Shown: piece by piece, positions 25,209 to 39,178 of the stretch
Position numbering within the stretch: the first letter of the stretch is position 1
Layout: the number at the start of each line of letters is the position of its first letter
Origin: Mobula hypostoma
Taxonomy: Eukaryota
Direction: 5' to 3'
DNA length: 64,000 nucleotides
Assembly: GCF_963921235.1 (NCBI RefSeq)
Contig: NC_086097.1
Location: 215,080,001-215,144,000 of the forward strand
Made by a program: the position numbers and the translations under genes
Notes under the pieces: generated by a model
The model's input: only the letters and a program-made list of their open reading frames with translations
Told to the model about the DNA's origin: nothing
The model's database searches: none

Positions 25209-25785
25209 TACTCAGTGGCCACTTTATTAGGTACACCTGTACACTTGCTCATTATTATAAATATCTAATCAGTCAATCATGTGGCAGTAACTCAATGCAT
25301 GAATACATGAAAACATGATCAAGAAGTTCAGTTGTCAGCCCAAACCTCAGAATGGGGAAGAAATGTAATCTAAGTGACATTGACTTTGGAGTGATTATTG
25401 GTGCCAGGCCAGGTGGATTGAGTATCTCAGAAATTGCTGATCTCCTGAGATTTTCACATACAACATTTTCTAGAGTTGTGTGGGAACAGTTTCCGGGGAA
25501 AACAAAAGAGAAAAAAAAATCCAATGAGTGCCAGTTCTGTGAACAAAAATCCCTTGTTAATGATAGAGGTCAGAGGAGAATGGCTAGACTGGTTCAAGCT
25601 GACAGGAAGGAGACATTAACGCGAACAACCACGTATTACAGCAGTGGTGTGTAGAAGAGCATCTCTGAATGCACAACATGTTGAACCTTGAAGTGGATGG
25701 GCTACAGCAGCAGAAGACCATGAACCTAAATTCAGTGGCCACTTTATCAGGTACAGGAAGTACTGAATAAAGTGATGACTGAGTG
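25209..25785 (+). mobile_element. Internally deleted Tc1/mariner element
   Basis: TIRs ACTCAGTGGCCACTTTATT.../...AATAAAGTGATGACTGAGTG flanked by TA; ORF 25352-25654 (MGKKCNLSD...IIGAR..GLSISEIADLL.FSHTT) is a Tc1 HTH region. Confidence 0.88.
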
Positions 25786-27395
25786 TAGCAAGGATATCCT
25801 CTCAATGCCTTAACTAACAAAAAGAACTAAGATAGATTCTAATTTGCACAATAACAGTAACATTCGTGCAGCGCACTCTTAAACAGCACCTGTGGCATAA
25901 TAAACACATATCAAGGAAACTCACTGTGTTTAATCTGAAATAAATGGATGTAGAGATATAAGAAGGGACATGGAGTTTTAAGGGGGAATGGGACATACAA
26001 AGGCAAAAATAAATCACACAATATGCTTTGACAGAACCGAAACAGTGACTGATATATCACAAAATCTATCTCCAATTTGTTCTCTTATGCAATCCTAATT
26101 TTGGTTTCCTCCACCTTTGGTCACTAAGCATTGGATGCCATGTCCTGATGTTCTGAACCTCTTTCCTCATATAAAATGGTCATTAAATTTATCTTTATAA
26201 TATTTTCTTACGTCACCTTATGTCAAGTTATTTCTGGTACCTCTCTAGCCCAACTTCTGACACATTTATGATATACATGTACCAACATAGCTGCCCATTC
26301 CACATTTTGGCAAATTCAGTCTGCCATGTTTATAAGCTAGGCATTGTCCATTGGATATTGCTGGGGGTCCGGAAAGCTTGTAATTTTGGTGACCTAAAGT
26401 TCAAGGCAATCTCTGCCTTTTCTGATTACATAGTTACATTTTATGTCAAACTCATAAAAATGCTAAATTCACATTTCGTTTAAATCGTGCTGAGACTAAC
26501 AAATCTTGGTATTTGTGACAGAGGAGGTCTGCCACAAGTATCCTTTTCCTCCCACCCCAAGTAGCCCCATAATTCTCATCTCTGTCTGACATTGCTGACG
26601 TTATGCTTATCAGCTGCACATTCTGGGATAATGCATGGACACTTCTGCTTGCAGTCGCACACTCCAGGACAGTGGCATTCTGTGACACACCCTGTATGTT
26701 GTTGCTTCCAGATACAGGGAGGGGACCCAACTGGTCAGATTCTTAAACAAGGTGCCTGTGTGTGGTGGCACATGCTCTGTGCTGGCTCAGTGGAAGAGTT
26801 CATTTTCGAGGATGGGAAGAGTGCTGGCTCCAGGAAAACGGGTAGTTGTTGATGAGTTTCGATGCACATTGTCATTGTGATCTTATTGCAATGACTGTAT
26901 TTGTGGACATTTATGTTTGTGAAGAAAGATGTGAAATTCTGTGTTTCAGTTTCGTGTAATTGTTCGGGCTCATGGTAACAACTTCCCTCGCATTCCAAAG
27001 AATGGATTATCCATTTTCTCCTTGAGTAAGAAGATCCTTATTTAAAGGCTGATATTGGTGTGAGGGAGAGGGGTGTGGTAAGATGAGGTGCATTACTTCA
27101 GACGGATGTTTTGGAGCTTAGTCCGAAAGATCTGATGGTATATATCTGTATTTTCTCTTGTGATTTTTGTTATTTTGCCATTTTTTTCACTGTAAATGTT
27201 TTTGCACTTTTACCATGGCACAGCATGAACACCTATGCACTGAATGAGTTAGTGAGGCCTGTCATCTGATTTTTTAAAAAACCTTTCATAAGGGCATGTG
27301 ACCCTCACCGAAACCCATGGTGTGACAGGATGGTATTCCTTAGTCTACTTGTGACTGGTGATTGCATTTCTCCTCCTCTATCATGATGGTATCAG

Positions 27396-29285
27396 GAGCT
27401 CTATGATATTCTTGGGGTCCTGTCTGGTGCCATGATGCTCAAGAAGGCATACTGCAGGTTAGCTAAGGAATACCATTCAAATAAAAACCCACATGCTGGT
27501 GATAAGTTTAAAGAAATAAGCTTTGCTTATGAAGTTTTATTAAATCAAGAGAAATGGGAACTTTATGATGCTATGGTGAACAAGGTCTATGAGAGTTGTG
27601 GTGATGGAGGAGGTGCAATGGATGATATTTTCTCATGTCTCCTTGAGTTCATGGACAGTCAAGGTAGAAACTTCAACAGCAGATGAAGGGGAAAGGATAT
27701 GGTGCATCCCCCTTCAAGGTTTCCTCGGAAGATCTGAATAATGCAAACATGCCAAAACTACAGCTGAGCAAAAATGTCCTATGCAGTTCATGTAGTGGTT
27801 AAGGCATCAAGGCAGGTGCTGTTCAGAAATGCAGTGCTTGCAGGAGATGAGGTGTATTGATCATGATGAGACAGTTGGTGCTAGACAGTTCAGCAGACGT
27901 GTGCTCTGATTGTGATGGAGAAGGTGCAGATATCAATGGAAAGGATCAATGCAAAAAAATGTGAGGGGTTAAAAATGATAATGGAAGTGAAGATTCTAGA
28001 AGTTCATATAGACAAAGGTATGACGCATGGACAGCATATTCCACTTAGTGGAGAAGGAGAACAATTGGTGGCAAAAACAGGAAAACAGATTATTATCTGA
28101 ATGGTGGCCAATTAGGAAAAGGGGAGGTCCAACGAGACCTGGGTGTCATTATACACCAGTCATTGAAAGTGGGCATGCAGGTACAGCAGGCGGTGAAAAA
28201 GGCAAATGGTATGCTGGCATTTATAGCAAGAGCATTCGAGTATAGGAGCAGGGAGGTACTACTGCAGTTGTACAAGACCTTGGTGAGACCACACCTGGAG
28301 TATTGTGTGCAGTTTTGGTCCCCTAATCTGAGGAAAGACATCCTGGCCATACAGGGAGTACAAAGAAGGTTCACCAGATTGATTCCTGGGATGGCAGGAC
28401 TTTCAAATGAAGAAAGACTGGATGAACTGGGCTTGTACTCGTTGGAATTTAGAAGATTGAGGGGGGATCTGATTGAAACGTATAAAATCCTAAAGGGATT
28501 GGACAGGCTAGATGCAGGAAGATTGTTCCCGATGTTGGGGAAGTCCAGAACGAGGGGTCACAGTTTGAGGATAAAGGGGAAGCCTTTTAGGACCGAGATT
28601 AGGAAAAACTTCTTCACACAGAGAATGGTGAATCTGTGAAATTCTCTGCCACAGGAAACAGTTGAGGCCAGTTCATTGGCTATATTTAAGAGGGAGTTAG
28701 ATATGGCCCTTGTGGCCAGAGGGATCAGGGGGTATGGAGGGAAGGCTGGTACAGGGTTCTGAGTTGGATGATCAGCCATGATCATACTGAATGGCGGTGC
28801 AGGCTTGAAGGGCCGAATGGCCTACTCCTGCACCTATTTTCTAATTGCCTGCTGTGGAACCTGGTGACATTATCCTTGTACTACAGGAGAAGGAACATGT
28901 GGTGTTTCAGAGAGAAGAATGGCTTGCACATGACACACAAAACTGGTCCTGTTGAAGTGGTTTTCAATTCATGTTCCATCATTTAGATGGATGGAATATA
29001 TTGTGAAGTATCCTCCAGGAAAAGTTATCAAACCAGGTTATGTTCGTATTGCTAAAGGGGAAGGAACGCTGTGGTATCATAATCCATTTGAAAAAGGAGA
29101 CTTGTTCATCAAATTTGATATTCGAATAATTGGATTAACACTGACAAAATAGTTGAAATATTTGCTACTAGCCAAGCCGTAAGTCCCTGAGGTGACTGGT
29201 TGTCAAACACCTCAGGAGTTTGACAACACACATAGCTCAGCTGGACAGAACCAGAGGGAGGCCTACAATGATGGCTTTGATGGGC
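27396..29285 (+). pseudogene. DNAJA2: Processed (intronless) DNAJA2 pseudogene, split by a CR1 insertion
   Basis: Collinear match to DNAJA2 from [37 protein letters not shown] through KLQLSKNVLC, EVKILEVHIDKGM, VEPGDI, VKYPPGKVI, NPFEKGDL to REAYND. No introns; many stops and frameshifts; HPD changed to HSN. Confidence 0.93.
28068..28842 (+). mobile_element. Young 5'-truncated CR1 inside the DNAJA2 pseudogene
   Basis: ORF 28163-28639; TSD AATTG at 28063-28067 and 28843-28847; removing it restores GEQ-LPAVEPGD. Confidence 0.93.
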
Positions 29286-29528
29286 CCCACAGGGAACTGC
29301 ACTACTTCTTTCTTGTTTATGCTGTACACCTCAGACTTTAGATACAACATTGAGGTACGTCACCTGCAGAAATTCTCTGATGACTCAGGAATTGTCAGGT
29401 GTATAAAGGAGGACAGGAGGATGAATACAGGGCCCTGGTGGAGGACTTTGTCAAATGGTGCAAGCTGAATCATCTGAAGCTCAATATCAGTAAGACAAAG
29501 GAGATGGTGATGGACTTTAGGAAGACTG
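29282..29528 (+). mobile_element. Rex1/Babar RT fragment
   Basis: (G)APQGT...LYTSDFRYN...LQKFSDDS...VKWC..NHL.LNISKTKEMVMDFRK. Confidence 0.85.
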
Positions 29529-29534
29529 AGCGTG

Positions 29535-31617
29535 TACTGAATCATTCTTGTGAATCTTCTCTGAACCCTCTTCAATGTCAGTATATCCTTTCTAAAATAA
29601 GGAGCCCAAAACTGCACAAGGGTACCCTGTGTCATAAGTGCCTTATAGAGCATCAACATCACATCCCTGCTCTTATATTCTATACCTCTAGAAATAAATG
29701 CCAACATTGCATTCTCCTTCTTCACCACTGACTCAGCCTGGAGGTTAACCTTCAGGGTATCCTGCACAAGGACTCACAAGTCCCTTTGCCTCTCTGCATT
29801 TTGAATTCTCTCCCCACCTAAATAATAGTCTGCCCATTTATTTCTTCCACCAAAGTGCATGACCATACACTTCACAACTTTGTATTTCATTTGCCACTTC
29901 TTTGCCCGTTCCCCTAAACTATCTAAGTCTCTCTGCAGGCTCTCTGTTTCCTCAACACTACCCCTCCTCCACCTATCTTTGTATCATTGGCAAATTTAGC
30001 CACAAATCCATTAATAGAAACATACAAAACCTACAGCACAATACACGCCCTTCGGCCCACAAAACTGTGCCGAACATGTCCTTACCTTAGAAATTACCTA
30101 GCTTACCCATAGCCCTCTGTTTCTTTCTAAGCTCCATGTACCTATCCAGGAGTCTCTTAAAAGACCCTATCGTATCAGCCTCCACCACTGCCGCCGGTAG
30201 CCCATTCCACGTACTCAACACTGCGAAAAAAAAAGCTTACCCCTGACATCTCCTTTGTTTCTCCTTCCAAGCACCTTAAAACTATGCCCTTTCATGCTAA
30301 CTATTTCAGCCCTGGGAAAAAACCTCTGACTATCCACACGATCAATGCTTCTCATCATCTTGGACACCTCTATCAGTTCACCTCTCATCCTCTGTTGCTC
30401 CAAGGAGAAAAGGCTGAGTTCACTCAACCTATTCTCATAAGGCGTGCTCTCCAATCCAGGTAACATCCTTGTAAACCTTCTCTGCACCCTTTCTATGGTT
30501 TCCTTATCCCTCCAGTAGTGAGTCAACCAGAATTGAGCACAATACTCCAAGTGGGGTCTGACCAGGGTCCTATATAGCTGCAACATTACCTCTCGGCTCT
30601 TAAACTCAATCCCACGATTGACGAAGGCCAATGCGTCATATGCCACAGAGTCAACCTGTGTAGCAGCTTTGAGTGTCATATGGACTCAGACCCCAAGATC
30701 CCCCTGATCCTCCACATTGCCAGGAGTCTTACCATTAATGCTATATTCTGCCATCATATTTGACCTACCAAAATGAACCACCTCACACTTATCTGAGTTG
30801 AACTCCATCTGCCACTTCTCAGCCCAGTCTTGCATCCTATCAATGTCCCGCTGTAACCTCTGACAGCCCTCCACACTATCCACAACACCCCCAAATAATT
30901 TCATAGTCCAAATCATTGACACATATCGTAAAAAAGCAGCTGTCCCAATACTGAACCCTGTGGATCCCTTTATTCCCACTGTCTTCTGTCGATCAGCCAA
31001 TGCTCCATCCATGCTAGTAACTTTCCTGTAATTCCATGGGCTCTTATTTTGCTAAGCAGCCTCATGTGCGGTGCCTTGTCAAAGGCCTTCTGAAAATCCA
31101 AGTACACCACGTCTACTGCATCTCCTTTGGCTACCCTGCTTGTAATTTCCTCAAAAAAAAATTGCAGTAGGTTAGTCAGGCAGGATTTTCCTTTCAGGAA
31201 ACCATGCTGGCTTTGGCCTATCTTGTCATGTGCCTCCAGGTACTCCATAATATCATCCCTAACAATCGATTCCAACAACATCCCAACCACTGATGTCAGG
31301 CTAACAGGTCTATAGTTTCCTTTCTGCTGCCTCCCACCCTTCTTAAATAGCGGAGTAACATTTGCAATTTTCCAGTAATCTGGTACAATGCCAAAATCTA
31401 TCGATTCTTCAAAAACCATTGTTAATGCCTCCGCAATCTCTCCAGCTACTTCCTTCAGAACATAAGGTGCCTTCCATCAGGTCCAGGAGATTTTTCCACC
31501 CTCAGACCATTAAGCTTCCTGAGCACCTTCTTAGTCATAATTTTCACTGCACATACTTCACTTCCTTGACACTGTTGAATATCCAGTTAACTACAGATGT
31601 CTTCCACTGTGAAAACT
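29535..31617 (-). mobile_element. CR1 LINE with a second CR1 (~30015-30895) nested inside
   Basis: ORFs 30970-31419, 30686-31012, 30215-30679 and 29360-29767; internal tail at ~30015. Confidence 0.85.
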
Positions 31618-31619
31618 GA

Positions 31620-34600
31620 ATTGAAAAGATGAATACAGGACTAAAGGTGTTATATTTGAATGCATGCAGCATTTGGAATAAGGTAGATGAACTTGTAGCA
31701 CAGTTACAGATTGGCACGTTTGGCATTGTGAACATCACTGAATCATTACTGAATGAAGGTTGTATTTGGGAGCTCAATGTCCGAGGATATACCCTGTATC
31801 GAAAGGACAGGAAGAGAGGCAGAGGGGTTGGTGTTGCTCTGTTGGTAAATAGAAACATAGAAACATAGGAAGCCTACAGCACAATACAGGCCCTTTGGCC
31901 TACAATGCTGTGCCGAACATGGGCTTACTTTAGACATTACCTCGGGTTACCCATAGCCCTCTATTTTTCTAAGCTCCATGTACCTATCCAGGAGTCTCTT
32001 AAAAGACACCATCGTACCCGCCTATATCAAATCATTAGAACTACGTGACATTTGGTCGGAAGGTGTTGAATCATACTTTATACTTTATAGTCGCCAAATA
32101 ATTGGTACTAGAATGTACAATCATCACAGCGATATTTGATTCTACGCTTCACACTCCCTAGATTACAAATATTAAATATTAAAAATAGTTTAAATTAGTA
32201 CATATTAAAAATTTAAATTATAAATCATAAATAGAAAATAGAAAAATGGGAAGTAAGGTAGTGCAAAAAAAACCGAGAGGCGGGTCCGGATACTTGGAGG
32301 GTACGGCCCAGATCTGGGTCAGGATCCGCTCAGCAGTCTTATCACAGTTGTAAAGAAGCTGTTCCCAAATCTGGCTGTACGTGTCTTCAAGCTCCTGAAC
32401 CTTCCCCCGGAGGGAAGAGGAACGAAAAGTGTGTTGGCTGGGTGGGTTGTGTCCTTGATTACCCTGGCAGCACTGCTCCGACAGCGTGCGGTGTGAAGTG
32501 AGTCGACGTACGGAAGATTGGTTTGTGTGATGTGCTGCGCCGTGTTCATGATCTTCTGTAGCTTCTTTCGGTCTTGGACAGGACAACTTCCATACCAGGA
32601 TGTGATGCACCCTAGAACTGTGGATAGAGCTAAAGAACTGCAAGGATAAAAAGGCACTGGGAGCTATATACAGACCCCCAAACAGTCATAAGGATGTGGT
32701 CTACAAGTTACAATGGGAGACAGAAAGTGCATGTCAAAAGGACAATGTAACAATAGTCATGAGGGATTTCTATGTGCAGGTAGATTGGGAAAATCAGGTT
32801 GGTGATGGGTCCCAAAAGGAGGAATTTCTAGAATGCCTAGGAGATGGCTTTATAGAGCTGCTTGTGCTTGAGTCCACTAGGAGATCAGCTATTCTAGATT
32901 GGGTGTTGTTGTGCAATGAACCAGAATTGATAAAGAGCTTAAGGTAAAAGAAACCTTAGGGTCAGATGATCATAAATGATTGAATTCATCCTACGATTTC
33001 AGAAGGAGCAGCTAAAGTCAGAGGTATCAGTACTACAGTGGAGTAAAGGGAATTACAGAATCATGAGAGAGGAGTTGGCCAGAGTTGGCTGGAAAAGAAC
33101 ACAGGCAGACAGCAATGGCTGGGATTTCTGGAAGCAATTCTGAAGATGTAGAATAGATACCTTCTAAAGAGGAAGAGGTATTCTAAAGGCAAGATGACAA
33201 ATCAATGGCTCACAGGAGATGTCAAAGCCAACACAAAAGTCAAAGAGAGAGCCTGTAATAGAGTAAAAATTAGTGGGAAGTTAGAGGATTGGGATGCTTT
33301 TAAAAACCAACAGAAGGCAACTGTAAAAGTCATTAAGAAAAACAAGATTGAATATGAAGGTAAGCTCCCAATAATATTAAAGACGATGCCTAAAATTCTA
33401 AAATTTCTTCAGAACATAAAGTGTAAAAGAGAGGCGAGAGTAAATATTGGACTACTGGAAAATGGTGCTGGAGAGGTAGTAATGAGGGCCAAGGAAATGG
33501 CAGATGGACTAAATAAGTATTTTGCATCAGTGGAAGACAAGTAGTATAATGGAAATTCTAGAGTGTCTGGGGGCAGAAGTGTGCAAATTTGTTATTACTT
33601 GGAGAAGATTCTTGAGCAACTGAAGGGTCTGAAGTTAGACAAGTCACCTGGACCAGATATTATACACCCCAGAGTTCTGAAGGAGGTGGCTGAACGGATT
33701 TTACAGGCATTAGTAATAATTTTTCAAGAATCAACTGATTCTGGCATAGTTCCAGAGGACAGGAAAATTGCAAATGTCACTCAACTATTCAAGAAGGCAG
33801 GAGTAAGAAAATTATAGGACAATTAATCTGAACTCAATGGTTGGGAAGATGTTGGAGTTGATTGTTAAGGACGTTGTTTTGGGGCATCTGAGAAGCATGT
33901 GATAAAATAAGCTATGGTTTCCTCAAGGGAAAATCTTGCCTGATAAATCTGTTGGAATTCTTTCAATAAATAACAAGCAGGGTAGACAAAGGGCAATCGG
34001 CGGATGTTGTGTATTTGGATTTTTAGAAAGCCTTTGACAAGCTGCCACACATGAGACTGCTTAACAAGTTAAGAACCCACGATATTACAGGAAGGATACT
34101 AGCATGGATAAAGCAGTGGATGATTGGCAAGAGGCAAATTGTGGGCATAAAGGGAGACTTTTCTGGTTAGTTGCTGGTGACTAGTGGTTTTCCACAGGTG
34201 TCTGTATTGAGACTAATTCTTTTTATGTTATGTCAATGACTTGGATGATGGAATTGATTGCCTGGTAGCAAAGTTCGAAGATGATACAAAGATAGGTGGC
34301 GGGCAGGTAGTTTTGAGGAAGTAGAAAGGCTACAGAAGGATTTAGACGGATTAGGAGAATGGGTAAAGAAGTGGTTTATAGTATATACTGTACTGTTGGG
34401 AAGTGTAAGGTCATGCACTCTGGTAGAAGAAATTAAAAGGAAGACTATTTTTTAAATAGGGAGAATTCCAAAATCTGAGGTGCAAGGGGACTTGGGAGTC
34501 CTTGTGTAGGATTCCCTTAAGGTTAATTTTCAGGTTGAATCAGTGGTGATGAAGGCAATTGCTATGTCAGCATTCATTTCAAGGGGACTAGAATATAAAA

Positions 34601-35180
34601 GCAACAATGTTATGTTGAGGCTTTGTAAAGCACCGTGAGGCCTCACTTGGAGTATTGTGTGCAGTTTTGGGTCCCTTATCTTAGATGGGTTTGCTGATAT
34701 TGTAGAGGTTTCAAAGGAGGTTCACAAAAATGATTCCAGGATTGAAGGGCTTGACATATGAGAAGTGTTTGATGGCTTTGGGCCTATACTCACTAGAGTT
34801 CAGAAGAATGAGGGGTGACATCATTGAAACTTATTGAATATTGAAAGGCCTCGACAGAGTGGATATGGAGAGGGTGCTTCCTATGGTGGGGGAGTCTGAT
34901 ACCAGAGGACACAGCCTCAGAATAGAGGGGTGTCCTTTTAGAATGCAGATGAGGAGGAGTTTCTTTAGCCAGAGAGTGGTGAATCTGTGGAATTCTTTGC
35001 CACAGGTGGCTGTGGAGGCCAAGTCATTGGGATACTTGAGGTAGAGGGTGATAGATTTCTGAATAGTCAGGACTTTAAGGGATACGGTGAAAAGGCAGGA
35101 GATTGGGGCTGAGACAGAAAATGGATCAGCCATGATGAAATGGCAGAGCAGACTCAATGAGCCTAATTCTGCTCCTATAC
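31620..35180 (+). mobile_element. Degenerate CR1 ORF2 (endonuclease to 3' UTR) with nested insertions (CR1 tail ~31850-32020; Rex ~32075-32618)
   Basis: KVLYLNACSIWNKVDEL (31629), ILDWVL (32696 ORF), KSPGPD..HPRVLKE (33563) and RVVNLWNSLP (34841). Confidence 0.85.
32075..32618 (-). mobile_element. Rex1/Babar LINE 3' fragment
   Basis: ORF 32319-32657: GCITSWYG...KKLQK...LPSG.RFRSLKTRT.RF.NSFF; repeat tail near 32075. Confidence 0.8.
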
Positions 35181-35899
35181 CTTGCGGTCAGAAGGGATAG
35201 CTTCATTTGCCCCATCATTGAACTGTTCCTACAACCTATTGACTCACTTTGAAGGACTCTTCATATCGTGTTCGCGATATTTATTACTTATTTATTTATT
35301 TCTCTCCCTTTTGTATTTGTATTTTCTTTTCTTTTGCACAATGGTTGTTTATCTGGCCTTTTGGGTGCGGTGTTTCATTGACTCTATTGGGTTTCTTGGA
35401 TTTGCTGTTTATGCCCGCAGGGGAACAAATCTCATGGTTGTGGTCATAAATTTACTTTGAACCATGACTTGCTGAGTTCCTCCAGCATTTTGCATGGGCT
35501 GCTAGAGATAAAGAGCTATCTTTCTATCTCATATATGTTGATAAATAGCAAAACAATGGATTAAATTGTCCCTTTCTACCATCTCTCATCTGCATGTCTC
35601 AATTAGCTTCAATTTGTTCAGTTTGGTGAGCCCCATGTGATCTTCTAATACCTATGAAGTACTTAGCTGTATCATTGAGCATTGCTGTGAGTATTTTGAG
35701 AGCCAATAAATAACATTTCCAGTATTTATAATTCAGTTATACATCTTGTAGTCTGCCAACAGAGCAACATATCCATAAGTGACATTTCAGGTTTCAGGTT
35801 ACCGACTAAGGAACTTACTTTAGTGTGGCAACACATACCAAATGCTGGAGGAACTCATTAGGCCAGGCAGCATCTATGGTAAAGAGTAAACAGTCGTCG

Positions 35900-36395
35900 T
35901 GTTCTTATGAATACAGTTTATATCTGAGGCTTTTGGGAAGCAGTGGGAACCAGACCCGCTCATAGCCATCATCCTTGGAGCAACAAGCTCCCTATCTTCA
36001 GCCAATATGTATGAAAAAAGGCTGTATTGTTTGGAATGATGATTGCTAAGAAGTTAATCCTGCAAATGTGGAAAATGGACTCTGTGCCTACAAACAATCT
36101 GTGGCTGAGAGAACTGGCAAATACTTTACATTTGGAGAGACTGAGACTATGTAATGATGACAGAGGGGACATCTTTGAAAGGATATAAGGCCCTGTATTG
36201 GATTTTCTTATGGGGTAAGGACTGAGGTTTTTTAGTGTGGTGCACCTCTGCTGTGTATGTTTACTTTGGCCTTTATATTTTTCTCCCTTTTGCTGCTCAA
36301 TATTTAAACTGATTTTGTTAAGGTCGTGGTTTTTGTGGATGTGCTGTATTTTTTTTTGTTTTTTTTATTTGTTTGTAATAAAAAAATAAAAATAA
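35900..36395 (+). mobile_element. L1-clade 3' fragment
   Basis: Translates IAKKLILQMWK...W.RELANTLHLERL...F.RI..PVLDF (L1 ORF2 C-terminus), followed by AATAAA and an A-rich tail at ~36377. Confidence 0.65.
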
Positions 36396-36575
36396 TATAT
36401 ATTTGCAAAATTTTTAAAAATTCAAATGAGCTCTTTTTTTTGTCATGACTACAGTGAGTACGGGTAGAATGAAAAAATTCAAGTAACAGGTGCGTAGGTA
36501 CAGACAACACACAGAATATAAATTATATGTAAATCATACGAGACAGTGAGAACCAAAACACTGTTTAGACACTGC

Positions 36576-39178
36576 CAGTGTCTCAGGGGCCGATGTTAGA
36601 CTGTCTTTAGAGAGTGAACCCTCACAAGGCAGAAAGTCCTGATGTGGTATGGCTTTGAGAACCTGTGCCAGCCAACTGGCGGGAGTATGCAAGCACATTT
36701 TCAACTTTTCACTGCTACGGGCAGAAGTTCCCACTTGTTTCAAAAAGGCAATGATTATACCAGCGCCAAAGAAGAATAATGTGGGCTGCCTTAACAACTA
36801 TCGCCCGGTAGCACTCACATCAACAGTGATGAAATGCTTTGTGAGTTTGGTCATGACTAGACTGAACTCCTGCTTCAGCAAGGACCTGGACCCATTGCAA
36901 TTTGCCTATCGTCACAATAGGTCAACGGCAGACGCAATCTCCATGGCTCTTCACAGGGCTTTAGACCACCTAAACCACACAAACACCTACGTCAGGGTAC
37001 TGTTCATCAACTATAGCTCAGCATTTAATACCATCATTCCCACAATCCTAATTGAGAAGTTGCAGAACCTGGGCCTCTGTACCTCTCTCTGTAATTGGAT
37101 CCTCAACTTCCTAACTGGAAGACCAGTCTGTGGATTGAAGATAACATATTCTCTTCGCTGACGATCAACACTGGTTCACCTCAGGGGTGTGTGCTTACTC
37201 TCTATATACACATGACTGTGTGGCTAGGATTGGCTCAAATACCATCTACAAATTTGCTGACGATGCAAATATTGTTGGTAGAATCTCAGGTGGTGATGAG
37301 AGGGCGTATAGGAGTGACATACGCCAACTAGTGGAATGGTGCCACAGCAACAACCTGGCACTCTACGTCAGTAAGGTGAAAGAGCTGATTGTGGACTTCA
37401 GGAAGGGTAAGACGAAGGAGCACATACCAATCCTCATAGAGGGATCAGAAATGGAGAGAGTGAGCAGCTTCCAGTTCCTGGGTGTCAAGATCTCTGAGGA
37501 TCTAACCTGGTCCCAACATATTGATGTAGTCATAAAGAAGGTAAGACAGCGGCTGCACTTTATTAGGAGTTTGAAGCAACTTGGCATGTCAACAAATACG
37601 CTCAACGAATACCTGTGACTACTGGTGTGCCACAGGGATCAGTGCTGGGTCCATTGTTATTTGTCATCTATATCAATGATCTGGATGATAATGTGGTAAA
37701 TTGGATCAGCAAATTTGCTGATGATACAAAGATTGGAGGTGTAGTAGACAGTGAGGAAGGTTTTCAGAGCCTGCAGAGGGACTTGGACCATCTGGAAAAA
37801 TGGGCTGAAAAATGGCAGATGGAGTTTAATACAGACAAGTGTGAGGTATTGCACGTTGGAAGGACAAACCAAGGTAGAACATACAGGGTTAATGGTAAGG
37901 CACTGAGGAATGCAGTAGAACAGAGGGATCTGGGAATACAGATACAAAATTCCCTAAAAGTGGCGTCACAAGTAGATAGGGTCGTAAAGAGAGCTTTTGG
38001 TACATTGGCCTTTATTAATCAAAGTATTGAGTATGAGAGCTGGAATGTTATGATGAGGTTGTATAAGGCATTGGTGAGGCTGAATCTGGAGTATTGTGTT
38101 CAGTTTTGGTCACCAAATTACAGGAAGGATATAAATAAGGTTGAAAGAGTGCAGAGAAGGTTTACAAGGATATTGCCGGGACTTGAGAAACTCAGTTACA
38201 GAGAAAGGTTGAATAGGTTAGGACTTCATTCCCTGGAGCGTAGAAGAATGAGGGGAGATTTGATAGAGGTATATAAAATTATGATGGGTATAGATAGAGT
38301 GAATGCAAGCGGGCTTTTTCCACTGAGGCAAGGGGAGAAAAAAACCAGAGGACATGGGTTAAGGGTGAGGAGGGAAAAGTTTAAAGGGAACATTAGGGGG
38401 GGGGCTTCTTCACACAGAGAGTGGTGGGAGTATGGAATGAGCTGCCAGATGAGGTGGTAAATGCGGATTCTTTTTTAACATTTAAGAATAAATTGGACAG
38501 ATACATGGATGGGAGGTGTATGGAGGGATATGGTCCGTGTGCAGGTCAGTGGGACTAGGCAGAAAATCGTTCGGCACAGCCAAGAAGGGACAAAAGGCCT
38601 GTTTCTGTGCTGTAGTTTCTATGGTAAGACTTTTATAGTTGTACCGTGGAGAGCATTTAGACAGGCTGCATCACTGTCTGGTATGGAGGGGCTACTGCAC
38701 AGGACCGAAAGAAGCTGCAGAAGGTTGTACTGTAAATCTAGTCAGCCCCGTCTTGGGCACTAGCCTACAAAGTATCCAGGACATCTTTAGGAAGCGGTGT
38801 CTCAGAAAGGCAGCGTCCATTATCAAAGACCTTCAGCACCCAAGACATGCCCTTTTCTCACTGTTACCATCAGGTAGGAGGTACAGAAGCCTGAAGGCAC
38901 ACACTCAGCCATTCAAGGACAGCTTCTTCTCCCCTGCCATCCGATTCCTAAATGGACTTTGAAGCTTTGGACACTACCTCACTTTTTTAATATACAGTAT
39001 TTCTGTTTTTGCACATTTTTTCCATAATCTATTCAATATATGTAATTGATTTACTTGTTAATTTATTATTATTTTTCTCTCTCTCTCTGCTAGATTATGT
39101 ATTGCATTGAACTGCTGCTGCTGTTAACAAATTTCACGTCACGTGCCAGTGATAATAAACCTGATTCTGATTCTGATT
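36576..39178 (+). mobile_element. Rex1/Babar LINE, 5'-truncated, with (CTGATT)n tail
   Basis: ORFs 36649-37161, 37187-37618 and 38639-38962; tail CTGATTCTGATTCTGATT at ~39161-39178. Confidence 0.92.
37606..38625 (+). mobile_element. Young CR1 nested in the Rex element
   Basis: ORF 37615-38460 (GVPQGSVLGPLLF, KFADDTK); Rex frame NTLK|TFYSCTVES rejoins across the insert. Confidence 0.92.

Noticed and set aside
26452..27000. Cluster of short ORFs in unique sequence (also at 2032-2472)
   Set aside because: No recognisable domain or consistent splice structure.
27432..27686. J-domain ORF as a functional small DnaJ protein
   Set aside because: HPD motif lost (HSN), frameshift after LYD, and many stops downstream; a pseudogene.
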